Assembly: GCA_038323195.1 (NCBI GenBank)
Contig: JBBQGQ010000015.1
Location: 33,527-97,526 of the forward strand
Length of the DNA stretch: 64,000 bases
Direction of reading: 5' to 3'
Source: Acidimicrobiia bacterium
GTDB taxonomy: Bacteria; Actinomycetota; Acidimicrobiia; IMCC26256; PALSA-610
The notes under the pieces are model-generated. The model had not been told where the DNA came from. It made no database searches and saw nothing but the letters and a program-made list of their open reading frames with translations. The position numbers were made by a program, and so were the translations under genes. How positions within the stretch are numbered: the stretch's first letter is position 1; every line of letters begins with the position of its first letter. Of this stretch, positions 8,019-15,945 are shown one piece after another.

Positions 8019-9173
8019 GTGACTCGACGCCGCCGGATCGCGTTCGTATGTGTGCTCGGCCTCGTCGCCGGCGGTGTCGCGCACGTCGCCGACCCGGCCG
8101 GTCACGCCGACGTGCTCACGTTCCTCGCGGCCGGGCTCGTGCTCGGCGAGCTCTTGGCGCTGCGGCTCGAGGAAGACAGTGCCCTTCCTCTCTCGTACGC
8201 GGTGCTCGTCGTGTTGGCATCGTCGTTCACTCTGCGCGAGTACGCGGTCGCCGTGCTCGGCGCGCAGCTCGTGTCGATCCTGTTGCGCACGACCGACCGG
8301 AACCGAACCTGGCGGCTCGCGATCTTCGTCGAACGCATCGCGGTCGCGGCGGCTACCTATGCCGCGTACCAAGGCGCGTGGCACCTCCTCGGCCGGCGCG
8401 AGCAGGTCGCACCGGTGCTCGGCGCACTTGCCGCAGCCGCGGGCGCGCAGCTGCTGGTCGACGTGAGCGTGAGCAGCCTGTTCCGCCTCGGCGCGTCGTT
8501 CGCGGCCCGGGGCCGGCTGGCCTGGTTGGCGATCGCCTCGTCGGGCATGTTGATGGCGATCGGCTACCGGGGCGTCAACGGTCACGGACGCGTCGGTATC
8601 TGGGGACCGTTGCTCTTCTCCACACCGCTGCTCGCCGCCTGGTACGCGTTCGAACGGCTCGACGAGGCCACCCGCTCGTACCGTCAGACGATCGAAGCGC
8701 TGGCGATGGCACCCGAGCTCGGTGGACTCGTACCGTCCGGTCACTCCGAGCGGGTCGCGACGTTGGCAACCGCCATGGGCGAGCAGCTCGGTTTGTCGGC
8801 CCCCGACGTGCGCGATCTCGAGATGGCAGCGCTTCTGCACCATCTCGGGCAGGTCACGCTGGACCTCCCCGTCGACGCGCGCGGCGCCGACCCCTCCGAA
8901 GTGTCGACTGTGACCGGCGCGATGTTGCGTGAGATCCGCCCGCTGGTGGCTGCGGGCGAGATCATCGCGGGTGACGTCGACGACCCGAAGCGCCGGCTCG
9001 CCGTTCAGGCGCTGCGCCTCGCGAGCGAGTTCGACGATCTGACCGTCCGCGACCAGGTTCCCAAGGATCTTGCGGTCGAATCGCTGCGCTCCGCGCCCTC
9101 CTACGTCTACGAGGAGCGGGTCGTCGTCGCGCTGGAACGGGTCCTGCGCGACCGGATCAGCGCCGGTTCGTGA
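8019..9173 (+). CDS. membrane-anchored degenerate HD-domain protein (paralog of 6547..7887; HD doublet replaced by HH)
   Basis: 384-aa ORF with a GTG start and the same architecture, a polytopic N-terminus followed by GHSERVATLATAMG...AALLHHLGQV...ASEFDDL. The metal-binding Asp of the HD doublet is replaced by His. Confidence 0.8.
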   Translation: MTRRRRIAFVCVLGLVAGGVAHVADPAGHADVLTFLAAGLVLGELLALRLEEDSALPLSYAVLVVLASSFTLREYAVAVLGAQLVSILLRTTDRNRTWRLAIFVERIAVAAATYAAYQGAWHLLGRREQVAPVLGALAAAAGAQLLVDVSVSSLFRLGASFAARGRLAWLAIASSGMLMAIGYRGVNGHGRVGIWGPLLFSTPLLAAWYAFERLDEATRSYRQTIEALAMAPELGGLVPSGHSERVATLATAMGEQLGLSAPDVRDLEMAALLHHLGQVTLDLPVDARGADPSEVSTVTGAMLREIRPLVAAGEIIAGDVDDPKRRLAVQALRLASEFDDLTVRDQVPKDLAVESLRSAPSYVYEERVVVALERVLRDRISAGS

Positions 9174-9867
9174 CCGAGCGTTCGTCAACGCGGCCGGCCT
9201 GCGTCGGCCCGCCGAAACGACTCGCCGGGACGAGGACGTCCTCGTGTAACGCCCGCTCGGGCCGGCTGAGCTCGACGCCGTTCGGCGCGCTCGGAATGTT
9301 CGGCGGGCTCGAATCGGTCGAGCCCGGGATGCTGCGGGCGCCGCGGGGTTTCAGCTTGCGGCTCGCGTGATACGCGACGTCGCAGAGGCCGACGACCAAG
9401 ATGAGGTCGCCGAAGCTCATGACCAAGTCGAACGGGCCCTTCACGATGATGATGTCGGACAGGAAATGGAGCTTGTCGTCGGGTTGCGTCGGATGATGCT
9501 TGACGGTGGCCTGCGCCCACGGCTTGTCGCGCCACTCGGGCGGGAACTTCACCGGCATTCCCTGGTTCAGGGTGATGACGAGCGCGTTGCACGCGATCCC
9601 GATAAGGACGATGCCCATCCCGCGTAACACGAGATTGCGGGCCGCGAACGCCAAGATGAGAACGTACGAGGCGACGAGGAGCCCGAAGCCCCAATCGTGC
9701 CAGTGAGCTCTCGGGATGGTCACGTACTCGAGGGTGATCTGGATCGCGAGCCCGGCGAAGAGCAGCGATCGGAAGCGCCAGCTCACGTCGAGGAGCCGGG
9801 TATACGAGCCCCTCGTGACGGCCGGGATCAGGGGCGCCACGATGATGACGATCACGTATACGAGCAC
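9157..9867 (-). CDS. 4-TM membrane protein, DUF5317-like
   Basis: MLVYVIVIIVAPLIPAVTRGSYTRLLDVSWRFRSLLFAGLAIQI..., CNALVITLNQGMPV and SFGDLILVVGL resemble DUF5317 as I remember it. TAACAT (complement of 9875-9880) lies 7 nt upstream of the GTG at 9867, suggesting a leaderless transcript. Confidence 0.75.
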   Translation of the reverse strand: MLVYVIVIIVAPLIPAVTRGSYTRLLDVSWRFRSLLFAGLAIQITLEYVTIPRAHWHDWGFGLLVASYVLILAFAARNLVLRGMGIVLIGIACNALVITLNQGMPVKFPPEWRDKPWAQATVKHHPTQPDDKLHFLSDIIIVKGPFDLVMSFGDLILVVGLCDVAYHASRKLKPRGARSIPGSTDSSPPNIPSAPNGVELSRPERALHEDVLVPASRFGGPTQAGRVDERSVTNRR

Positions 9868-9901
9868 GAGCGGAATGTTACGCGAATACGATCCCGAATT
9901 G

Positions 9902-10678
9902 ATGTCTCACGAAGTGCTCTACGAGAACGCCGCGGGCGTGGCGCGTGTGACGATCAATCGTCCGGAGCGTCGCAACGCGATGTCGTTCGAAGTCATGCAC
10001 GGTTTGCGCCACGCGATCGCGCGCGCCCGCGATGACGACGTACGCGTCGTCGTGCTCACCGGCGCCGGCGACAAGGCGTTCTGTGCCGGGGCCGATCTCG
10101 GCGGCGGCGGGATTGCCGATGGCGCGGCGTCGGCGCACGATGGGCGCGGCTTGCTCGCCGACCTGTTCCGCGACATGTGGAGACTCGGCAAACCGGTGAT
10201 CGCGAGGGTGCGCGGCTATGCGCTCGCCGGCGGCTTCGGACTCGCGTGCGCGTGCGACATGATCGTGGCGTCCGATGACGCGGTGTTCGGTACTCCCGAG
10301 ATCAACGTCGGGTTGTGGCCGTACATGATCACCGTCCCGTTGCTGCGATCCATGCCGCCGAAGACGGCACTCGACCTGATGATGACCGGCCGGCGCGTCA
10401 CGGCCGAGGAGGGCGCGCGCATCGGTTTCGTGCAACGGGTGGTGCCGGTCGCCGAGCTCGACGCCGCAGTCGACACGCTCGCGACCGAGCTCGCCTCGAA
10501 GTCGCCGATCATCATGCGCTGGGGAAGAGACGCGTTCTACCGCGTGCTCGAGATGGATGCCGACGCGGCGCTCGCGTACTTGCAGAGCATGTTGTCGGTC
10601 ACTTCGCAGACCGAGGACACGGCCGAAGGGGTCGCCGCGTTCGCGGAGAAGCGCGCGCCCCAATGGAAGGGACGCTGA
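9902..10678 (+). CDS. enoyl-CoA hydratase/isomerase (crotonase) family protein
   Basis: MSHEVLYENAAGVARVTINRPERRNAMS...VVVLTGAGDKAFCAGADLGG is the crotonase signature. An alternative in-frame ATG at 9875 overlaps the -10 box of the divergent gene, so 9902 is preferred. Confidence 0.85.
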   Translation: MSHEVLYENAAGVARVTINRPERRNAMSFEVMHGLRHAIARARDDDVRVVVLTGAGDKAFCAGADLGGGGIADGAASAHDGRGLLADLFRDMWRLGKPVIARVRGYALAGGFGLACACDMIVASDDAVFGTPEINVGLWPYMITVPLLRSMPPKTALDLMMTGRRVTAEEGARIGFVQRVVPVAELDAAVDTLATELASKSPIIMRWGRDAFYRVLEMDADAALAYLQSMLSVTSQTEDTAEGVAAFAEKRAPQWKGR

Positions 10679-10680
10679 CG

Positions 10681-12249
10681 ATGGCCGACCCGCGCCACGA
10701 TTGGGGGCCGCTCGTCGGCGACCTCGCCGCGCGCAAGGCTCATGCGCTCGAGATGGGGGGTGAGAAGCTCGTCGAGCGTCAACGTTCGCTCGGCAAGCTG
10801 ACCGTGCGCGAACGTCTCGACCTGCTCGTCGATCCCGGCAGCTGGGTCGAATACGGCTTGCTCGCCGATCACATGGATGCGGGTCTCGGCGACCGGTTCC
10901 TCGCGGCCGACGGCGCGGTTACGGGCGTCGGCGACATCGACGGCCGGCCCGTCGCGGTCGCGGCGTACGACTTCACCGTCATGGCGGGATCGATGGGTGC
11001 CGTCGGGGAGAGCAAGATCGCCCGCATGCGCGCGCACGCCCTGCGCCAACGCATCCCGTTCGTCTGGCTCCTCGACTCGGCCGGGGCGCGTATCCAGTCG
11101 ACGAGCGGCTCGAGTTTCGCAGGCGCGGGCGCACTCTTTCGCGAGCAGGTGGCGATGAGCGGCGTCGTGCCCATGGTGGCCGCCATGCTCGGGCACTGCG
11201 CGGCGGGCACCGCGTACATCCCCGGACTGGCCGACTTCGTGCCGATGGTGAAGGGAACGTCGTCCATGGCGCTCGGGGGCCGGCATCTCGTGAAGGCCGC
11301 GGTCGGCGAGGACGTGACCGAGGAGGAGATGGGTGGCTCGGCCGTGCACACCAAGGTGTCCGGTGTCGCCGACCTCGAGGTGGCCGACGACGAGGAGTGC
11401 CTCCGCGTGGTGCGCGACTACCTGTCGTTCTTTCCGCAGCACAATCGCGATCGTTCCCCCGTACGCGCCACGACCGATCCCGTCGACCGCCGGTCGGAGG
11501 AGCTCTACGAGCTGGTGCCGACCGCGCCGCGCCGCGCCTACGACGTCCGCAAGGTCGTGCACGCGATCGTCGACGACGGTTACGTCTTCTGGATGAAGCC
11601 CGAATGGGCGAAGAACCTCGCGACCGGTTTGGCGCGCGTCGGCGGTCAACCGATCGGTGTCGTCGCGAACCAGCCGATGGTCCTCGGCGGCGCGCTCGAC
11701 GTGAACGCGGCCGACAAGGCCGCGCGATTCGTCTGGTTGTGCGACGCGTTCAACATCCCCCTCGTGTTCCTGCACGACGTGCCGGGCTTCATCGTCGGTT
11801 CAGCGGTAGAGAAGCAGGGCATCATCCGCCACGGTGCCAAGATGCTCTTCGCGGTGAGCGAGGCGACGGTGCCGAAGATCTCGGTGGTGCTACGCAAGAG
11901 CTACGGAGCCGGCTACTTCGTCATGAACGGGTTGGCGTACGAAGCCGACTACATCGTGGCGTGGCCGACGGCCGAGATCGCGGTGATGGGGCCCGACGGT
12001 GCGGTGAACATCATCCACCGCCGGCAACTCGAGGCGATCGAAGACGACGAGGAACGCGCGGCGAAGCGCATGGAGCTGGCCGAAGAGATCCGTGCGAACA
12101 TCGATCCGTACATCGCAGCCGGCCACGCGCAGCTCGACGACGTGATCGATCCCGCCGACACCCGTGCCGCGATCGCCCGGGGCTTGCGCATCACGGCCGA
12201 CAAGCAGGTCGACCGTCCGTGGCGCAAGCACGGCGTTCTCCCCGTGTGA
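10681..12249 (+). CDS. acyl-CoA carboxylase carboxyltransferase (beta) subunit
   Basis: ATG at 10681, 522 aa. ERQRSLGKLTVRERLDLLVDPGSWVEYG...AAYDFTVMAGSMG...LCDAFNIPLVFLHDVPGF is typical of PccB/AccD-type carboxyltransferases. Confidence 0.9.
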   Translation: MADPRHDWGPLVGDLAARKAHALEMGGEKLVERQRSLGKLTVRERLDLLVDPGSWVEYGLLADHMDAGLGDRFLAADGAVTGVGDIDGRPVAVAAYDFTVMAGSMGAVGESKIARMRAHALRQRIPFVWLLDSAGARIQSTSGSSFAGAGALFREQVAMSGVVPMVAAMLGHCAAGTAYIPGLADFVPMVKGTSSMALGGRHLVKAAVGEDVTEEEMGGSAVHTKVSGVADLEVADDEECLRVVRDYLSFFPQHNRDRSPVRATTDPVDRRSEELYELVPTAPRRAYDVRKVVHAIVDDGYVFWMKPEWAKNLATGLARVGGQPIGVVANQPMVLGGALDVNAADKAARFVWLCDAFNIPLVFLHDVPGFIVGSAVEKQGIIRHGAKMLFAVSEATVPKISVVLRKSYGAGYFVMNGLAYEADYIVAWPTAEIAVMGPDGAVNIIHRRQLEAIEDDEERAAKRMELAEEIRANIDPYIAAGHAQLDDVIDPADTRAAIARGLRITADKQVDRPWRKHGVLPV

Positions 12250-12674
12250 GTCCGTCGCGTCCGACGATCCGGCGCGCGACTCGCGCCGACGTGGACGACC
12301 TGTTGGAGCTCTGGGTGCGTGCCCATGCACACCCGAGCACAACCGACACGCCGCACGGGGTCGAGCTCGTCGTCGACGCGTCGCACGCGGCAGTCTTCGT
12401 CGCGGTCGCCGACGACGGGGCCCTCGTAGGCTCGCTCATCGCAACGTTCGACGGATGGCGAGGAAACTTCTACCGGATGGCAGTCGACCCGGACGAACGG
12501 CGCCTCGGGATCGCGCGCGGGTTGGTGGCCGCCGCCGAGGACTGGTTGCGCGCCGCCGGTGCCCAGAGATTGAGTGCGTTGGTCGAGGGCGACGGCGAGA
12601 TCGCGCAACGATTCTGGGAGGCTGTGGGGTTCGAGCACTACGAAGGCATGCGCAGATACAGCAAGAACCTCTGA
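12246..12674 (+). CDS. GNAT family N-acetyltransferase
   Basis: GTG at 12246 overlaps the carboxyltransferase stop (GTGTGA). The 142-aa product has IRRATRADVDDLLELW...YRMAVDPDERRLGIARGLV, the GNAT motif A region. Confidence 0.8.
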   Translation: MSPSRPTIRRATRADVDDLLELWVRAHAHPSTTDTPHGVELVVDASHAAVFVAVADDGALVGSLIATFDGWRGNFYRMAVDPDERRLGIARGLVAAAEDWLRAAGAQRLSALVEGDGEIAQRFWEAVGFEHYEGMRRYSKNL

Positions 12675-12695
12675 CGCCGCATACGATCCTCGTTC

Positions 12696-12914
12696 ATGGC
12701 CGAGATCCACGCGGAGATCACCGCGAACGTGTGGCAAGTCGTCGTCGAAGTGGGCCAGATGGTCGCAGAGGGCGACGAGATCTGCATCCTCGAGTCGATG
12801 AAGATGGAGATCCCCGTGATCACGGAGGTTCCGGGAGTCGTGCGCGAGCTCGACGTCGAGCCCGGCCAGACGGTGCAGGAAGGCGATCGCATCGCCTTGA
12901 TCGACGAGTCCTGA
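12696..12914 (+). CDS. stand-alone biotinyl-domain protein (minimal biotin carboxyl carrier)
   Basis: 72-aa ORF. ...GDEICILESMKMEIPVITEVPGVV... contains the (E/A)MKM biotinylation motif in a biotinyl/lipoyl-domain context. Confidence 0.85.
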   Translation: MAEIHAEITANVWQVVVEVGQMVAEGDEICILESMKMEIPVITEVPGVVRELDVEPGQTVQEGDRIALIDES

Positions 12915-12930
12915 GCGCAGAGATCGCGGC

Positions 12931-13692
12931 GTGATCCACTTCGAGGAGCGGGGGCACGTCGGTGTCGCGACGATCGATCGTCAGGAACGCCGCAACGCCC
13001 TGAACCGCGAGTTGTGCGCGCAGCTGCGCGGTCATCTGGAGCGGTCCGGTGAGCTGCGCGCGATCGTGATCACCGGAGCCGGATCGGCGTTCTGCTCGGG
13101 TGCCGACCTCGTGACCCGATTCGAGGTCGATGCCGACGCGACCACCGACACCTTCCGCCCGGCCTTCGAGGAGATGCTCGATGCGATCGTTGCTCATCCG
13201 GCGCCCGTGCTGGCCGCGATCAACGGTCCGGCGATCGGCGCCGGGATGCAGCTCGCGGTCGCGTGCGACATTCGAGTCGCCGTGCCCGGTGCGCGCCTCG
13301 CTATTCCGGGCGGCAAGCTCGGCATTCACCTGAGTGCCCGCAACATCTGGCGGCTCGTGCAGCTCGTCGGACAAGGCGCGGCCCGCGACTTCCTGCTCGC
13401 GGGGCATCACGCCGACGGCGAAGAGGCGCAGCACCTGGGACTGGTGCAGTACGTCGCGCCGGATGCCTTGGTAGCGGCACTCGCGCGCGCGGAAGAGATC
13501 GCGGCGTCGGCGCCGCTGACCGTGCGTGGTCACAAGCGGGCCCTCAATCTGATCGCCGATGCTCTCTGGCTCGGTGAGGACGCGCGGGCGGAGATTGCCG
13601 CACTCGAAGCAGGCGCGTTCGCGAGCAACGATCTGCGAGAAGGGATGGCTGCGTTCGCCGAGAAGCGCACCCCCGACTTCCACGGGAACTAG
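12931..13692 (+). CDS. enoyl-CoA hydratase/isomerase (crotonase) family protein
   Basis: 253-aa ORF with a GTG start. VATIDRQERRNALN...IVITGAGSAFCSGADL...INGPAIGAGMQLAVACD. Confidence 0.85.
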   Translation: MIHFEERGHVGVATIDRQERRNALNRELCAQLRGHLERSGELRAIVITGAGSAFCSGADLVTRFEVDADATTDTFRPAFEEMLDAIVAHPAPVLAAINGPAIGAGMQLAVACDIRVAVPGARLAIPGGKLGIHLSARNIWRLVQLVGQGAARDFLLAGHHADGEEAQHLGLVQYVAPDALVAALARAEEIAASAPLTVRGHKRALNLIADALWLGEDARAEIAALEAGAFASNDLREGMAAFAEKRTPDFHGN

Positions 13693-13712
13693 GCCGAGAG
13701 GAGCGCGCGCCA

Positions 13713-14231
13713 ATGGTTGACGATCTCGAAGACCCCCGCCGGCAGGAGCCGCCCTTCGTGCTCGACGAGCGAGACATGCTCGACGCCTGGCTCGAATATC
13801 ACCGCGTCACGCTGTTGCTGAAGTGCGAGGGGCTCGACGACGCGGCCCGCAAGAGCCGACCGGTGACCACCTCCAAGCTGTCGCTGCATGGTCTGGTGCG
13901 GCACATGGCCGAGGTCGAGCGGAACTGGTTCCGGCGGGTGCTGCTCCGCGAGGCTGATGCCCCACCCATCTGGTTCGACCCGGCGATCGAGGACAGTGAG
14001 CTCGTCCCACTCGACGACGCCGATTGGGAAGCCGATCTTGCCGCATGGCATGCCGAATGCGATGCCAGTCGGCGGGCGGCGGCGGCGCACCAGCTCGACG
14101 GCACCGGCGTGCGGCGGGGCGAGCCGTGCACGCTGCGCTGGATCTACGTGCACATGATCGAGGAGTACGCACGCCACAACGGGCACGCCGACATCATCCG
14201 CGAGCTCACGGACGGAAGCGTCGGCTGGTAA
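13713..14231 (+). CDS. DinB-like / DUF664 family protein
   Basis: 172-aa ORF. LDAWLEYHRVTLLLKCEGL...LHGLVRHMAEVERNWF...IYVHMIEEYARHNGHADIIRE is the mycothiol-transferase-like DinB_2/DUF664 pattern. Confidence 0.8.
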   Translation: MVDDLEDPRRQEPPFVLDERDMLDAWLEYHRVTLLLKCEGLDDAARKSRPVTTSKLSLHGLVRHMAEVERNWFRRVLLREADAPPIWFDPAIEDSELVPLDDADWEADLAAWHAECDASRRAAAAHQLDGTGVRRGEPCTLRWIYVHMIEEYARHNGHADIIRELTDGSVGW

Positions 14232-14241
14232 AGACCTGCGA

Positions 14242-15051
14242 ATGGACGAGCGTCTCGCGGCAAACCTCGAGAACTGGAACGACCGGACTGCGATTCATCT
14301 CGGATCGGCGTTCTACGACGTCGACGGCTGGTTGCGCGACGGGCGAGGTCCGAGACCGCGAGAGGTCGAGATGTTGGGAGACCTTGCCGGGTTGCGCCTC
14401 TTGCATCTGCAGTGTCACTTCGGTCTCGACACGCTCGCGTGGGCACGCGCCGGCGCGCACGTCACCGGACTCGACTTCTCGCCGGCCGCGATCGGCGCGG
14501 CCCGAGAGATCGCGCGCCGCGCCGGTCTCTCCCACCGGTCCGAGTTCGTGTGCTCCGACGTCTACGACGCGACGACGGCACTCGACCACGCGACGTTCGA
14601 CGTCGTCTACGTCAGTCTCGGTGCGCTGTGCTGGCTCCCGAGCGTCGATCGTTGGGCTGAGCAGGTCGCGGCGCTCGTCGCACCCGCGGGACGGTTCTAC
14701 ATTCACGACACGCACCCGCTCGCCTGGTCACTGGACGACAGCGGGCTCGTCGTCAAGCACGCCTACTTCGAGGAAGCCGAGCCATTCGTCGACGACTCCG
14801 ACGAGACGTACACCGATGCCGACCGACCTCTCGTGCACCGCCGTAGCTACGAATGGAATCACGGGATCGGCGAGATTGTCACGGCCCTGATCCGTCACGG
14901 TCTCCGGCTGGACCGATTGGTGGAGCACGACTGGACCGCCTGGCAGCACTTCCCGTGGCTGGTGCGCAATGCCGACAGGACACGGACCGCGCCGCCGGGG
15001 ATGCCGCGCATCCCGCTGACCTTCAGCCTGCTCGCCTCCCGCGACGCTTGA
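14242..15051 (+). CDS. class I SAM-dependent methyltransferase
   Basis: 269-aa ORF. LRLLHLQCHFGLDTLAWARAGAHVTGLDFSPAAI is a SAM-binding motif I/II region. Confidence 0.8.
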   Translation: MDERLAANLENWNDRTAIHLGSAFYDVDGWLRDGRGPRPREVEMLGDLAGLRLLHLQCHFGLDTLAWARAGAHVTGLDFSPAAIGAAREIARRAGLSHRSEFVCSDVYDATTALDHATFDVVYVSLGALCWLPSVDRWAEQVAALVAPAGRFYIHDTHPLAWSLDDSGLVVKHAYFEEAEPFVDDSDETYTDADRPLVHRRSYEWNHGIGEIVTALIRHGLRLDRLVEHDWTAWQHFPWLVRNADRTRTAPPGMPRIPLTFSLLASRDA

Positions 15052-15069
15052 TGCAGCGCGCGCTCGGGA

Positions 15070-15942
15070 TCACCAGGGGAGCGCGCCGAGGTCGACGTTG
15101 CCGCCCGAGCAGATGATGCCGACGCGGGCTCCGTCGAGTGCCGCGGCGCGGGCCGCGGCGAAGGCCACCGCCGCACTCGGTTCGATCAGCTGTTTCGTGC
15201 GTTCCCACACGACGCGCATCGCGTCGACGACTGCAACTTCGTCGACGACGATCTGCTCGACGTCATGAGCGCGGAGTATCCCCTCGGTGCGCACGGACAA
15301 TCCGGTGCGCAAGCCGTCGGCGACGGTCGACGCCCGGTCGCGCGGCGAGCCACCGACGACGCGTACCGGCGCGACGGCCACACACGTGCCCGAGCACAGT
15401 CCGCCACCGCCGATCGGCGTGACGACGACATCGAGGTCGGGGATCTCGTTCGTCAACTCGAGCGCGGCAGTGCCCGCGCCCGCGATGACGCGCTCGTCGT
15501 CGAAGGGATGGATCTCGACCGCACCCGTCCGATCGATCACCTCGGCCAGGACGGCGCGGCGGGCGTTCAGGTTGTTGTCGCACAAGCTGATCTCGGCACC
15601 GAAGCGCTGCACCGCGGTGCGCTTTGCGGCCGACGCGTTCTTCGGCATCACCACGTACGCGGGGATGCCGCGCGCCTCGGCCGCGTACGCGAGTGCGGCG
15701 GCGTGGTTCCCCGAGGAGTGCGCGGCGACACCGCGGGCAGCATCGGTCTCCGAAAGTGACTGCACCGCGTTGGTCGCGCCGCGGTACTTGAACGCGCCGG
15801 TGCGTTGCAGGTGCTCGGCTTTGACGAATACCTGTGCGTCGACCCATCGGTCCAGTGATGCCGATCGCAGTACCGGAGTGCGATGCACGAACGGCGCGAT
15901 ACGTGTCGCCGCTTCCTCCACCCGAGCCCGGTCAACACTCAA
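15070..15942 (-). CDS. PLP-dependent threonine/serine dehydratase family enzyme
   Basis: 290-aa ORF. HLQRTGAFKYRGA carries the PLP lysine, with SSGNHAAALAYAA and GGGGL loops typical of the fold-type II Trp-synthase-beta superfamily. Confidence 0.85.
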   Translation of the reverse strand: MSVDRARVEEAATRIAPFVHRTPVLRSASLDRWVDAQVFVKAEHLQRTGAFKYRGATNAVQSLSETDAARGVAAHSSGNHAAALAYAAEARGIPAYVVMPKNASAAKRTAVQRFGAEISLCDNNLNARRAVLAEVIDRTGAVEIHPFDDERVIAGAGTAALELTNEIPDLDVVVTPIGGGGLCSGTCVAVAPVRVVGGSPRDRASTVADGLRTGLSVRTEGILRAHDVEQIVVDEVAVVDAMRVVWERTKQLIEPSAAVAFAAARAAALDGARVGIICSGGNVDLGALPW

Positions 15943-15945
15943 CGG

